Virus record (IMG/VR): IMGVR_UViG_3300009506_000011
Coordinates: 20,187-84,186 of that record
Direction: 5' to 3' (one strand)
DNA length: 64,000 nt
DNA from: a virus
The notes below the pieces were generated by a model. The model searched no databases, was not told the DNA's origin, and was given only the letters and a program-made list of their open reading frames with translations. Position numbers and translations under genes: made by a program. Of this stretch, positions 1 through 8,574 are shown piece by piece (position 1 is the stretch's first letter; the number at the start of each line of letters is the position of its first letter).

Positions 1-2
1 AG

Positions 3-749
3 GCGGGCATAGACGGCGCCACACAGTATCCCGACAACCTCAACAGCTTCTGCGGCAGCTTCGACTCGCAGGAAACGGGGACCCTCACCCTCGTCACTCG
101 CGGCCCCATCCGCTGCAAGGCCGAGAGCTACGAGCGCACCGAGACCAAGGACCTCCGTGACTGCGCCGCCGTCACAGCCGTGTTTTTGGCCGACAACGAG
201 GACGACAGCTCCGTCGCCGACTTCCACGCCCCGAGCGCCAAGAGCATCGCGGAGTCCCTCGCCTACGCGGCGATAGCGGCCTGCGAGGACGCGGGCGTCA
301 CGAGCGCCAACCTCATCGGCATCGGCGAGCTGACGGCGCAGCTCGTCGGCTACGCCAACTTCCCGGGCAACTTCGTCGGGGAGTACGAGCAGCTCGGCAA
401 CCAGATCGTCTCCTCGATCGCCAAGGTGGAGGAGGAGTTCGCCAAGAGCGCGGCCGATGCGACGAACGACGGCGAGACGCTGCTCACGCAGCCGGAGAAG
501 AGCCGGGGCTTGCGAGCGCTGCGGCGGCTCGCCGACGTCATTCCCCGCATCGGCGCCGAGCAGACGGAGGACGCCGATCGCATTATCAGCGTCACATATG
601 ACGACGCCGTGACGATCTTCGATGTGGCCGTCCGCGTGAGCCAAGATGCGGGCGAGCTGCTGGCGCTCAACCGGCAGCTTCCGGATCCGCTGCTGATCCC
701 GCCGCGCACGCCGGTGTTCGTGCGGGATACTCAGGTGGCAGCGGCTTAG
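3..749 (+). CDS. Mu-like tail DNA-circularization protein (gpN-like), 5'-truncated
   Basis: Frame is open from position 3 (..GTLTLVTRGPIRCKAESYER..AVFLAD). C-terminal LysM-like ELLALNRQLPDPLLIP. Lies upstream of the baseplate hub gene. Confidence 0.7.
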   Translation, partial: AGIDGATQYPDNLNSFCGSFDSQETGTLTLVTRGPIRCKAESYERTETKDLRDCAAVTAVFLADNEDDSSVADFHAPSAKSIAESLAYAAIAACEDAGVTSANLIGIGELTAQLVGYANFPGNFVGEYEQLGNQIVSSIAKVEEEFAKSAADATNDGETLLTQPEKSRGLRALRRLADVIPRIGAEQTEDADRIISVTYDDAVTIFDVAVRVSQDAGELLALNRQLPDPLLIPPRTPVFVRDTQVAAA

Positions 750-1191
750 CGCCGCTCGGACTCAAGTTGCTGGCACGCCTCGGCGAGCGCGGGCAAGTGC
801 TCGCCAAGCTTGCGCATTGCCTCAACCGTCTCTGGATTGGCGAATGCGTCCCGAGTGCGAAGGCGAGCGACTCCGGCGGCCCGAGCCGGCAAGCGCGCGC
901 GACGCGCTGGCACCAATCGTCCGAGTGCCGCCGCAGCAGATCCCTCAAGTCGGCGCCGCGTTGCGCGTAGACCGTCAGCACCTGCCGGACGATGACCGAG
1001 CCGAGCCGCTGCCGGCGGCCGTGGTCGGGATGCCAAGCCCACCAGGGCCAGCGGTGCCGGTCCTTCCCGGCCAGCGGCGCGTACCGCGCCCTCTCGTGCT
1101 CCGAGGCGAAGCGCCAGCTCTTCAGGTCGCCAGGCAGCGCCTCGACGACGCGCCGTGCGAGGTAGCTGTCGGGTGCTCCCATGGCGTTCAC
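746..1191 (-). pseudogene. Hypothetical protein with apparent frameshift near 851
   Basis: GTG start overlaps the upstream stop. A protein-like N-part (MGAPDSYLARR..PESLAFALG) continues best in another frame (DAFANPETVEAMRKL..ESERR*). The break is at a GGG run. Confidence 0.5.
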
Positions 1192-1712
1192 CTGCGAGCT
1201 GGTCGCTGGCAGCGTAGCAGCTGCTGCACGGCGTCCCATAGCTCACGCTCCGTTCCGGCTCGATCGGGTCTCTCGTGGTCGAACCACCATGACCACGCCT
1301 TGTCGACCACGTTCTGCTCCGCCGCCGCTTCTTCCGCCACGGAGGGCGTTGGTAATGCACGCGATGCAGCGCCGCCGAATTGGTTGATAAAAGCATGCCG
1401 TAAATTCTCGGCAGCCATAGCCGATGCCGTGGCCAAGGACGCAGCTTGCCTTGATCGCCGCCGCAGTCTGTAGCGCGTGGTTTCTCTTGAGCCAGGGCGA
1501 CCTGACTTGTAGGCGACGCGCTCCACCGCTCCAGCGTCCACGAGAGAATAAAGCACGCCTCGGACGGTGCCGCCGTGGCTAACCACTTTGCGATATAGCT
1601 CTGTGAGCACCAGGCCATCGGGGGCATCTCGGAGGGCCTGTTCGATGTCCCTCTTCACCCGGCTGATGGTGCTGGGCAGCGCTCTCGAAAATCTGGTCAT
1701 TTTGGGCATCAC
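1188..1712 (-). CDS. Winged-helix DNA-binding protein
   Basis: IEQALRDAPDGLVLTELYRKV..TVRGVLYSLVDAGAVER wHTH pattern. Confidence 0.6.
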   Translation of the reverse strand: MMPKMTRFSRALPSTISRVKRDIEQALRDAPDGLVLTELYRKVVSHGGTVRGVLYSLVDAGAVERVAYKSGRPGSRETTRYRLRRRSRQAASLATASAMAAENLRHAFINQFGGAASRALPTPSVAEEAAAEQNVVDKAWSWWFDHERPDRAGTERELWDAVQQLLRCQRPARR

Positions 1713-2068
1713 GCCACCTCGGTCTCGGCGATCCAGAAGTCGGGCGGGCCGAAGTCCTTGACGCCGGCGGCGGCGACCGCTGCAACAACGCGGCTCCAGC
1801 CGTCCACCGCCGCGTCGTAGCGCTCGCTGTAGGTCACCGGGATGGCGGACACCTGCACCGTTGCGAGGAACGGCACGCCGTCCCTGCCGCTCGCGCCCAC
1901 GGCCAGCCAGAAGCCGGCCAGGTGATACGGCTTTTCGGCATCGATGTAGGCGAGGTAGGCACCGATGCGACTCAGCTCGTCGTCGAGGTCGCTGTAAAGC
2001 TCGTCGTCCTCGTCGTTCAGGTTCTCGATCTTCGCTCCGAAGAGCACCCCATGCGTCATCTGTCCCAT
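1709..2068 (-). CDS. Hypothetical protein (leaderless)
   Basis: ATG lies 7 nt after the -10 of a TTGACT-N17-TAGCCA promoter; coupled to the next gene. Confidence 0.6.
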   Translation of the reverse strand: MGQMTHGVLFGAKIENLNDEDDELYSDLDDELSRIGAYLAYIDAEKPYHLAGFWLAVGASGRDGVPFLATVQVSAIPVTYSERYDAAVDGWSRVVAAVAAAGVKDFGPPDFWIAETEVA

Positions 2069-2104
2069 GGCTAGCTGGCTAGCAAAGGCTAGCTGGCTAG
2101 TCAA
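2069..2104 (-). promoter_or_regulatory. sigma70-like promoter with two GCTAGCTGGCTAG boxes
   Basis: TTGACT(2104-2099)-N17-TAGCCA(2081-2076). Confidence 0.6.
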
Positions 2105-2146
2105 GCCTCGTGTGGGCCGCGACGCGCCGCCGCGCTACCATGAGCC

Positions 2147-3277
2147 ATGGCAAGCCGCCGTCCCGATGTCATCCGCCTCCAGACGCCTGCCGGCTTCATC
2201 GCTGGCTTCGAGTCCCTCGAGGTGGTGAACGACATCGCTGGCATCTCTGAGGCGATCATCCGCTTCGGCGACGATCGCAGCTGGGGCTACCTCGTGCCGC
2301 TCATTTCTCCAGGGAACGAGATCACCGTTTTTTTGAACCAGCGGCCGCGGCTGAAGGGCCGCGTCGAGATCACGGAGCCGACCGCCGAGGTGGGCAGCGG
2401 CACCGTCTTTCAGCTGAACGTGCGGACCAAGAAGGCGGACGCCCACGTCGCCAGCGCCGAGCCGGTCACCGTACAGGACGTCAGCGTCGCCGACTTCGGG
2501 ATTTCGCTTTACGAGCAGATTGGTCTGACCAGGGCCAACTTTCGTTTCGCCGAGTTCGCCGACCGGGACCTGATGACCGGCAAGGCCGGCGGCGCCGCTC
2601 CGCCGCTCGACTTCGAGACGATCAAGCCCGACCAGGCGAAGGTTCAGCCGCCGGAGACGATCGCCGACTGCTTCGAGCGGCACCTCCGCCGCTTCCGCGC
2701 GACCCACTGGGACGGGCCGACGGGCGAGATCCTGGTCGGCCGTCCGGACGACACGCAGCCGCCGCTCTACCGGCTGCAGTGCAAGCGCGGGCCGACCGCC
2801 AAGGCGAACAACGTGCTCAGCTGCCGCCGGATCATCGACTGGTCCGAGGTCCCCAGCCAGGTCACCGTCTACGGCCAGACGCACGGCAGGGACGTGGCTA
2901 GCTCCCAGTTCAAGGCCGTCGCCGTCAACGACGTCGTGGCGGACGTGGCGGCGCGGACGGGGCACTTCCGGCGCAACGTCATCGTTCAGGACCAGCAGGC
3001 GAAGAGCATCGAGGAAGCGCAGCGGACGGCCACCCGCGAGCTCTCCGCCCGCCGCCGGCGGCAGGACGCCTGGGAGCTGACGGTGGACGGCTGGAGCTAC
3101 TGGAACGGCAACGAGCAGATCAACTGGGCAAACAACACCACCGTCGACATCGACGTCGAGCCGCTCGGCGGTCCCGTCGGCCGCTTCCTGATCGTCCGGG
3201 TACAGCTGCGGCTCACGCTTGACGGCGCTGCCGTGACGGTGATCACGGTGGTGGCGCCGGGGATCTGGGTGCTGTAG
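2147..3277 (+). CDS. Baseplate hub protein (Mu gpP/gp44-like)
   Basis: 376 aa; KVQPPETIADCFERHLRR and NNVLSC..SEVPSQVTVYGQ; sits between the gpN-like and spike genes. Confidence 0.8.
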   Translation: MASRRPDVIRLQTPAGFIAGFESLEVVNDIAGISEAIIRFGDDRSWGYLVPLISPGNEITVFLNQRPRLKGRVEITEPTAEVGSGTVFQLNVRTKKADAHVASAEPVTVQDVSVADFGISLYEQIGLTRANFRFAEFADRDLMTGKAGGAAPPLDFETIKPDQAKVQPPETIADCFERHLRRFRATHWDGPTGEILVGRPDDTQPPLYRLQCKRGPTAKANNVLSCRRIIDWSEVPSQVTVYGQTHGRDVASSQFKAVAVNDVVADVAARTGHFRRNVIVQDQQAKSIEEAQRTATRELSARRRRQDAWELTVDGWSYWNGNEQINWANNTTVDIDVEPLGGPVGRFLIVRVQLRLTLDGAAVTVITVVAPGIWVL

Positions 3278-3363
3278 TCGCAGCCCGCGGAATCGAACCG
3301 CGACACTTCCCCACCTAAGAAGGACAGTGCCAAGCGCCAAATGCAGGCGCCTCCAGGACTGCG
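3278..3363 (-). ncRNA. Non-canonical tRNA-like RNA (UAG at anticodon position)
   Basis: 7-bp acceptor CGCAGTC/GGCTGCG; T arm CGCGG-TTCGATT-CCGCG; 7-bp D-like stem; long anticodon-like arm with loop CT-TAG-GT; no CCA; upstream promoter. Confidence 0.65.
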
Positions 3364-3431
3364 TGTTGCGCGAGATGAAGGCCAGGCCCTGGTGCCGACA
3401 CTACTCGATGCCGTGTCCGTCGCGCAGATGA

Positions 3432-3492
3432 TCCGTAGCAGGACTCGGCCTGCTAGTCAACTAGCGTTGCCCGTGAAACGCTAGCGTGCTAG
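3432..3492 (-). promoter_or_regulatory. Promoter for the tRNA-like RNA plus GCTAGCGTGCTAG box
   Basis: TTGACT(3460-3455)-N17-TACGGA; 13-mer at 3480-3492. Confidence 0.55.
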
Positions 3493-3500
3493 TCAGCCGT

Positions 3501-3950
3501 ATGGCATGCAGATACCCAAACCCCTGCGATTGCTTTATTTGCAGGCCCGACGGCCTACTTGCCGCGGCGCGGCGCCGGCCCACGCCAGGACAAGACCCCG
3601 TGGCGGATATGGCCGAGCCGGTGACGTTCGCCGCGCAACCGCCGGACTGGGCGAGTCAGAGCGACGACCCGCTCGCCGACCTTGCAGCGGCGGAGGGTCG
3701 GCTTGGCCCGGCACCGCGACCGATCATCGTGCCACGCGCCTTCGCCGACGAGCATGGCGCGGCGCTGCAGCGGCTCGGCGCCGAGCTGGTCAGCATCGAC
3801 GGGATGCCCTATCAGCCGCCCGCGAAAAGCGAGGAAGAGATCGCTGAGCAGATCGCTGGCTACGAGCGCGGCGTGCAAGCGACCACAGCGCAGCTGCTTG
3901 ACGTCTTCAGCCAGCTCGTCATCGCGGTCGCGCCAGCGCGGACCAGCTAG
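3501..3950 (+). CDS. Hypothetical protein
   Basis: ORF with typical codon pattern; N-terminal CxCxxC. Confidence 0.5.
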   Translation: MACRYPNPCDCFICRPDGLLAAARRRPTPGQDPVADMAEPVTFAAQPPDWASQSDDPLADLAAAEGRLGPAPRPIIVPRAFADEHGAALQRLGAELVSIDGMPYQPPAKSEEEIAEQIAGYERGVQATTAQLLDVFSQLVIAVAPARTS

Positions 3951-4097
3951 CCTGTACCCGGCCTCGTAGCCTGGTGTGCTCATGCTAGCTGCACACCGGC
4001 CGAGTCGCGCCTCAGCGGACAGGCCGGCAGCGAGGCAGCTCCTAACATAGGTTGCTAGCAGGACGCTCCGCCGCCGTCAACGTGGTAGACTCGGCGC

Positions 4098-4970
4098 ATG
4101 TCAGCAGGCAACCGGATGATCGAGCTGGGCCGCGTGCTCGCGACCAGCGTTACGCCCACGAACCGAGCGATCCTCGGCAACATCGGCTCCCTCGGCGACG
4201 ATAATACCGGCGATCAGGGCGATATTGGCAACGATGAGCGCTTTTTCACCCATCCCGTCTACTGCCGGCCGCTCGGCCACGTGAAGGAGGAGGACGCCAC
4301 GCCGCTCAACCCGGCGGGCGTCTGCGAGTCGGTCATCATCCGATCGGCGGACGAGGTCTATCCCATCGGCTACCGCGACCTGCGCCTCAGCCGGCTGGTG
4401 AACCCGATCGAAGGCGAGGTGGGGATCGTCGGCTACCAGGGCGGTTTCATCAGCCTGCGGCCGAACGCGGACGGCGACGGGACGAACTTCCTGCTCTACG
4501 GCGCCCGACGGGGAACTGACGGCGAGGTGGAGGCGGCCAGCTCGATCGCCATCGACTCGACCAGCTCTCAGAGGCAGATCCTGCTTCAGCACGAGCTCGG
4601 CCAGACGCTCACGCTGAACAAGGACGGGGGCGTCGTCATGGCCAACGCCGCCAACGACGCTTGGCTTGAGGTGAATCCGGACGGGATCTCGCTGAACGGC
4701 AACACCGCGATCACCGGCGCCGTCCGCGAGGTGACGGTGGGCGATCCGCTGTCGGCGCAGAACGTGGCGCTGGCGCCGGACCTGATCACCTTCGTCCAGA
4801 ACGCCGGCCCGACCTTGACGGCTCTCATGACGGCCGTCAACGTGCTGGCGCCGGGGACGTTTACCCCTGCGCAGATCACGGCCATGGCCAACGCCTTCGC
4901 GCCGTACGTGGCCGCGACAACCGTCCAGTCGACGATCCTCAAGGCATCGCCCTTCCTGCCATCGCCGTGA
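4098..4970 (+). CDS. Baseplate spike/assembly protein (gpV / Mu gp45-like)
   Basis: RDLRL..EGEVGI motif, beta-helix-like repeats, position in the tail module. Confidence 0.75.
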   Translation: MSAGNRMIELGRVLATSVTPTNRAILGNIGSLGDDNTGDQGDIGNDERFFTHPVYCRPLGHVKEEDATPLNPAGVCESVIIRSADEVYPIGYRDLRLSRLVNPIEGEVGIVGYQGGFISLRPNADGDGTNFLLYGARRGTDGEVEAASSIAIDSTSSQRQILLQHELGQTLTLNKDGGVVMANAANDAWLEVNPDGISLNGNTAITGAVREVTVGDPLSAQNVALAPDLITFVQNAGPTLTALMTAVNVLAPGTFTPAQITAMANAFAPYVAATTVQSTILKASPFLPSP

Positions 4971-5182
4971 GCAGCTGCGCCTTCCCGCCGATCCAGCCGC
5001 CAGGCTTCGCGCCGCCGGGCTTGCCCGGCGTGCCGGCGCTTCCGCCGACGCCGACGCCGCCTGACTACCCCGGCCTGCCATTCCCACCGATCCAGCCGCC
5101 AGGCTTCGCGCCGCCGGGCTTGCCCGGCGTGCCGGCGCTTCCGCCGCAGCCGACGCTGGACTGTCCGCTTGACGCGCCGTGA
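4967..5182 (+). CDS. Small proline-rich virion-associated protein
   Basis: GTGA-coupled to the spike gene; CAFPP..CPLD with a duplicated 22-aa Pro-rich unit. Confidence 0.55.
   Translation: MSSCAFPPIQPPGFAPPGLPGVPALPPTPTPPDYPGLPFPPIQPPGFAPPGLPGVPALPPQPTLDCPLDAP
4982..5146 (+). repeat. 66-bp direct repeat, 2 copies (4982-5047, 5081-5146)
   Basis: Copies differ by 1 mismatch; in-frame coding duplication. Confidence 0.9.
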
Positions 5183-5203
5183 GAACGGCAGCACCTTCTC
5201 GCC

Positions 5204-5740
5204 ATGCGCAAGCTCGCTCCGTTCCTCCTCCTTGCTCTCCTCCTTCCGCTGATCGCCGCCTGGGACTTCGGCATCGAGCACCGGCACCAGCCGCTGCTGC
5301 TCGGCGACGCTACAGGCTGGGAGCACGACCGCGCTACCCTCGTCCAGACCGGGACGGGGCAGGTATGGCTCGAGCTGCCGCAGCTCTACGACGGCGAGAC
5401 GCTCGGCTACGTCGAGGTACGTTACCAGGGCGGCGCCGGCCACACGAGCAATCCGGTCGGTCTCGGGATCGTGACGCCGCGGCTCGACGTCTACCACGTC
5501 GACCGCGACGGCAAGGAGACGAAGCTCTGCTGGGGGCAGGACGATCCGCATCAGAGCCCGGCCGCCTACGAGCAGCCGCACAGCGTCTACGCCACCGGCT
5601 GCGAGCACGCCGTGGACCCCGCGAGCGGCCGCATCGTGGCGCGGTGGTCAGGCGAGTTTACGGAGGGGTGGTACGACGGTGGACCAGCTGACTTTCACCT
5701 CGGTGCTAAGGTACTGTCGATCACGACCGTGACATACTAG
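5204..5740 (+). CDS. Signal-peptide protein paralogous to the C-terminal domain of tail protein 11334-12056
   Basis: Signal peptide MRKLAPFLLLALLLPLIAA; shared LxDGxxL..GH..P..PRLxVY..DG..Y..H..H..D..GE pattern. Confidence 0.7.
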   Translation: MRKLAPFLLLALLLPLIAAWDFGIEHRHQPLLLGDATGWEHDRATLVQTGTGQVWLELPQLYDGETLGYVEVRYQGGAGHTSNPVGLGIVTPRLDVYHVDRDGKETKLCWGQDDPHQSPAAYEQPHSVYATGCEHAVDPASGRIVARWSGEFTEGWYDGGPADFHLGAKVLSITTVTY

Positions 5741-6151
5741 CTCGAAGCCCATCATGAGGTACTCGACGCCGGGGACCGGGTAGCCACAGCACTGCGGTCG
5801 GTTGACGCCGCCCATCAGCATCCGCGCAGATTGCCGCAGAAGCTGGTCGTAGCTGGGTCCGCCGCCTGGCCGGTTGTCCTCCGCCGCGCGGGGACCTAGG
5901 ACGCGGTCGCACCGGCTGCACCGCCACGCCGGCGCCACCACGGAGGACGTCTCGCCTTCGCCGATTCCCCAGTCAGCGAAGAGCCACCACCGGTAGGGGT
6001 TTCTCAAGTCGGCGGGATAATGCTGCCGGGCCGCGTGTAGCTGCCGTGGCGATGGTCGCTTCGGATGCGTCTGAGCGTAGAGCTTCAGCGAATCCCGAGG
6101 CGATAGCACCGTGTACCGCGTGCCGCTCGGCGTCAGGACCTTGTAGCTCAT
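5648..6151 (-). CDS. Hypothetical protein with CxxC/CC Zn motif
   Basis: MSYKVLTP start, ATGA-coupled to the upstream gene. Confidence 0.5.
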   Translation of the reverse strand: MSYKVLTPSGTRYTVLSPRDSLKLYAQTHPKRPSPRQLHAARQHYPADLRNPYRWWLFADWGIGEGETSSVVAPAWRCSRCDRVLGPRAAEDNRPGGGPSYDQLLRQSARMLMGGVNRPQCCGYPVPGVEYLMMGFELVCHGRDRQYLSTEVKVSWSTVVPPLRKLA

Positions 6152-6597
6152 GGGTTTCGGATCCGGTTGTCGGCGCGGCCTGGCCGACTCGTGCGGAACG
6201 TCAGCTCGACGCACGGCTCCCGCCACTCGTCGCCGTGGCCGTTGTTGCCGAGCTTGACGAAGCGGCCGGTCTTAGGCCGGCGGAAGCCAAAGGCGCAGCT
6301 ATGTCGGGAGTGCCAGGACCAGAACAGCTCTAGGCCGAGCAGCTTGTGCTCGTGCATGTCGAACGCCCAGCGACGAAGCTCCTCGTGCCATACTTGCCAT
6401 GGCCAGCCGTCCCTGGTGGTAATCGCCAGATCCAGGAATGGCTCGCGCAGCAGGTCGCCCCGGTGGCCTAGCCTGACTCGCCGGATGCCGACGGCTCCGC
6501 CGTGGCCGTCATGCCAGAACCAGTACAGCTCATGAGGGCCAAGCTGGTACTCGTGATTGTCCCAGCCCCAACGGCGCAGCCGCTCACGCCAGCTCAT
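6148..6597 (-). CDS. Hypothetical protein
   Basis: Trp/His-rich ORF within a coupled operon. Confidence 0.55.
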   Translation of the reverse strand: MSWRERLRRWGWDNHEYQLGPHELYWFWHDGHGGAVGIRRVRLGHRGDLLREPFLDLAITTRDGWPWQVWHEELRRWAFDMHEHKLLGLELFWSWHSRHSCAFGFRRPKTGRFVKLGNNGHGDEWREPCVELTFRTSRPGRADNRIRNP

Positions 6598-6684
6598 GGC
6601 ACCCGACTCTGTACTTTCGCAGCTCGGCCTTCTCCTCGTCTGTCAGATCCGGCAACTCAAAGCCCCATCGATCAAGCAACCGTT

Positions 6685-7239
6685 TCATGGCCACCTCGTC
6701 AGCTGGACATCGTCCGGCACTCGTGCCTTGCTCCGGGCGAGCGGATGCTTCGGGCTTCCGTCGCTGTTCTTGCCGAGGCACCACAGCTCGCGGCGCTCGT
6801 CTCGGCGCAGCGGCGCGGCTAGCCGCTGGCGGATCGACTCGCCGCGCTCAAGCGTCCACGGCTGCAGCAGTGCGCCCCAGGCTGCCACCACAAGCTCGGC
6901 TGACTGCGCGGCTCGCAGGACGTGGTAGTCATTGTGGACGCCCACAGCGGCCAGCAGACCGCGCTGCTTGATGGTCCGCTCGACCACCGCCGGATCGGTG
7001 GCTCGGAGAGCGAAGAGATTGACGACGATCAGGCTGCCGAATCCCCACCGGCGGCTGAAGCGGATGCAACGGCGGATCGTTGGATCGTCTTGCTCCGCGT
7101 CCGCGGTGGATGGATTGCACATGATCCAGCAGACGACCGGCCCGCCGCCGCCGCACGGTCGCACGAGGGTCCAGCGGTAGCGTCCGCAGCCGCTGATCCC
7201 GGCACCGTAGCCGACGGCGAGCGTGAGCTGCTGTGTCAC
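6685..7239 (-). CDS. DUF1643 family protein
   Basis: CGRYRWTL..WIMCNPSTADAEQDDPTIRRC..NLFALRATDP..AWG..KHPL. Confidence 0.9.
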   Translation of the reverse strand: MTQQLTLAVGYGAGISGCGRYRWTLVRPCGGGGPVVCWIMCNPSTADAEQDDPTIRRCIRFSRRWGFGSLIVVNLFALRATDPAVVERTIKQRGLLAAVGVHNDYHVLRAAQSAELVVAAWGALLQPWTLERGESIRQRLAAPLRRDERRELWCLGKNSDGSPKHPLARSKARVPDDVQLTRWP

Positions 7240-8057
7240 GACCGCCGCCGCTCCCGGAGAGCAAGTTCGATTTTGGCGTGTGCGGCGTCGGCATCATGTC
7301 GGCTTCGGATGCCACCTAGTAGCGTGGCGTAGTCAGCCTCTGCCGGCGCGGCGTGGCCGCTCGCGAGCACGTCCTCTGGCTTCAGCCGCACCAGCAGTTG
7401 GGCGCACAGCTCCGTCGCTCCTTCGCGTCCCAGCTCTGTGATGAGGCGCTGTGCGGTGGTCTCGGGGTCCGTGACGAGGTCCGTGGGCGTCTGGCCTTCG
7501 AGGTGGAGACTCACCTCGAAGGCTGCTAGGTGGCAGTCATCGCATGCATCTGACAAGCGCTCGTGACAGACCAGCTCGGAACGGATCTGCTCTATCCTCT
7601 CTGGCGTGCACTGGGATATGACATCGTTGCACGGTTCAGCGGGGGCCGTCTCTACTGTCAGCCAGGCGATGAGATCTCCCAGGTCAGCGCCGATCCAGTC
7701 GGCCGCCGCCCACATCGGCTCCGGCTCGCCAACTTCGAGTAGGACGGCCGTCGGCTTGTCTGCGCCGATGGCGTAGCCAAGCTCGAGGTGAGCGCTCCGG
7801 CCGCACGGCATGACGAGCACCAGCGCGTCGCAAGATTCGAGCGCCTGCATATCGCAGACGAAGCTCCGCTGGGCGATGGGGTGCTTCAGCGCCTCGACGA
7901 CCTCCTCTGCCGACCAGCTCTCCCAGGCTGGATCAATATCCGACCAGTGGAAGTCAGCGTGGGTGCGGAAGTCGTAGACATCGTTGCCGGCGGCGCGCAG
8001 CGCCTGAACGACGCCGGGCTGTCGCGGATTTCTCCAGCTGCTTGCAACATAGATCAT
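7236..8057 (-). CDS. Nucleoside 2-deoxyribosyltransferase-like protein with C-terminal extension
   Basis: IYVASSWRN..D..AL..CDALVLVMPCGRSAHLELGYAIG. Confidence 0.8.
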   Translation of the reverse strand: MIYVASSWRNPRQPGVVQALRAAGNDVYDFRTHADFHWSDIDPAWESWSAEEVVEALKHPIAQRSFVCDMQALESCDALVLVMPCGRSAHLELGYAIGADKPTAVLLEVGEPEPMWAAADWIGADLGDLIAWLTVETAPAEPCNDVISQCTPERIEQIRSELVCHERLSDACDDCHLAAFEVSLHLEGQTPTDLVTDPETTAQRLITELGREGATELCAQLLVRLKPEDVLASGHAAPAEADYATLLGGIRSRHDADAAHAKIELALRERRRS

Positions 8058-8092
8058 GCCCCGACACTACAGCACCTGCGCCGCCTAGTCAA
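8058..8092 (-). promoter_or_regulatory. Leaderless sigma70-like promoter
   Basis: TTGACT(8092-8087)-N17-TAGTGT, then 6 nt to ATG. Confidence 0.65.
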
Positions 8093-8145
8093 CTAGTAAC
8101 TGCTAGCAGGATAGCCCCGGCGGCGGCCGGCGGTAGAATTGGCTC

Positions 8146-8574
8146 ATGGTCTTCATCCCGCCGTGTGGCGTCTCGCCGCTGTCCGCCTACGTGCTCGGAG
8201 CGGCGGTGCCAGCGCCAGACAGCCCCCCGGTGTACCGCGCGGACGCCTTCGACCTGGCGACCGGTGAGCTGGCCAGCGTGGTCGGCGGGATCGACCCCAC
8301 AGACGCCGCCGTGCAGGACGCGTTCACGATCCGGCGCGGCTCGGGCGCAGTCACCGAGGGCGGCCACGCGTTCGACGCGATCAAGCACAACGAAGACCAG
8401 ACGCCCCGGCGGCTGCAGGATGAGGCCGGCGTCATCTTCAAGCCCTTCGTTGAGCGCCGGGACGTGGACCTCCTTCGGAGCAGCACGAAAAGCGGAGCAG
8501 CCGATCACCAGGAGCTGACGGTCGAGTACTACAACCGCGCCCGAGCCCAGAAGGAGACGGTGAGGCCGGCATGA
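8146..8574 (+). CDS. Baseplate wedge / sheath initiator (Mu gp46-like)
   Basis: 142 aa directly upstream of baseplate J; IRRGSG motif. Confidence 0.6.
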   Translation: MVFIPPCGVSPLSAYVLGAAVPAPDSPPVYRADAFDLATGELASVVGGIDPTDAAVQDAFTIRRGSGAVTEGGHAFDAIKHNEDQTPRRLQDEAGVIFKPFVERRDVDLLRSSTKSGAADHQELTVEYYNRARAQKETVRPA

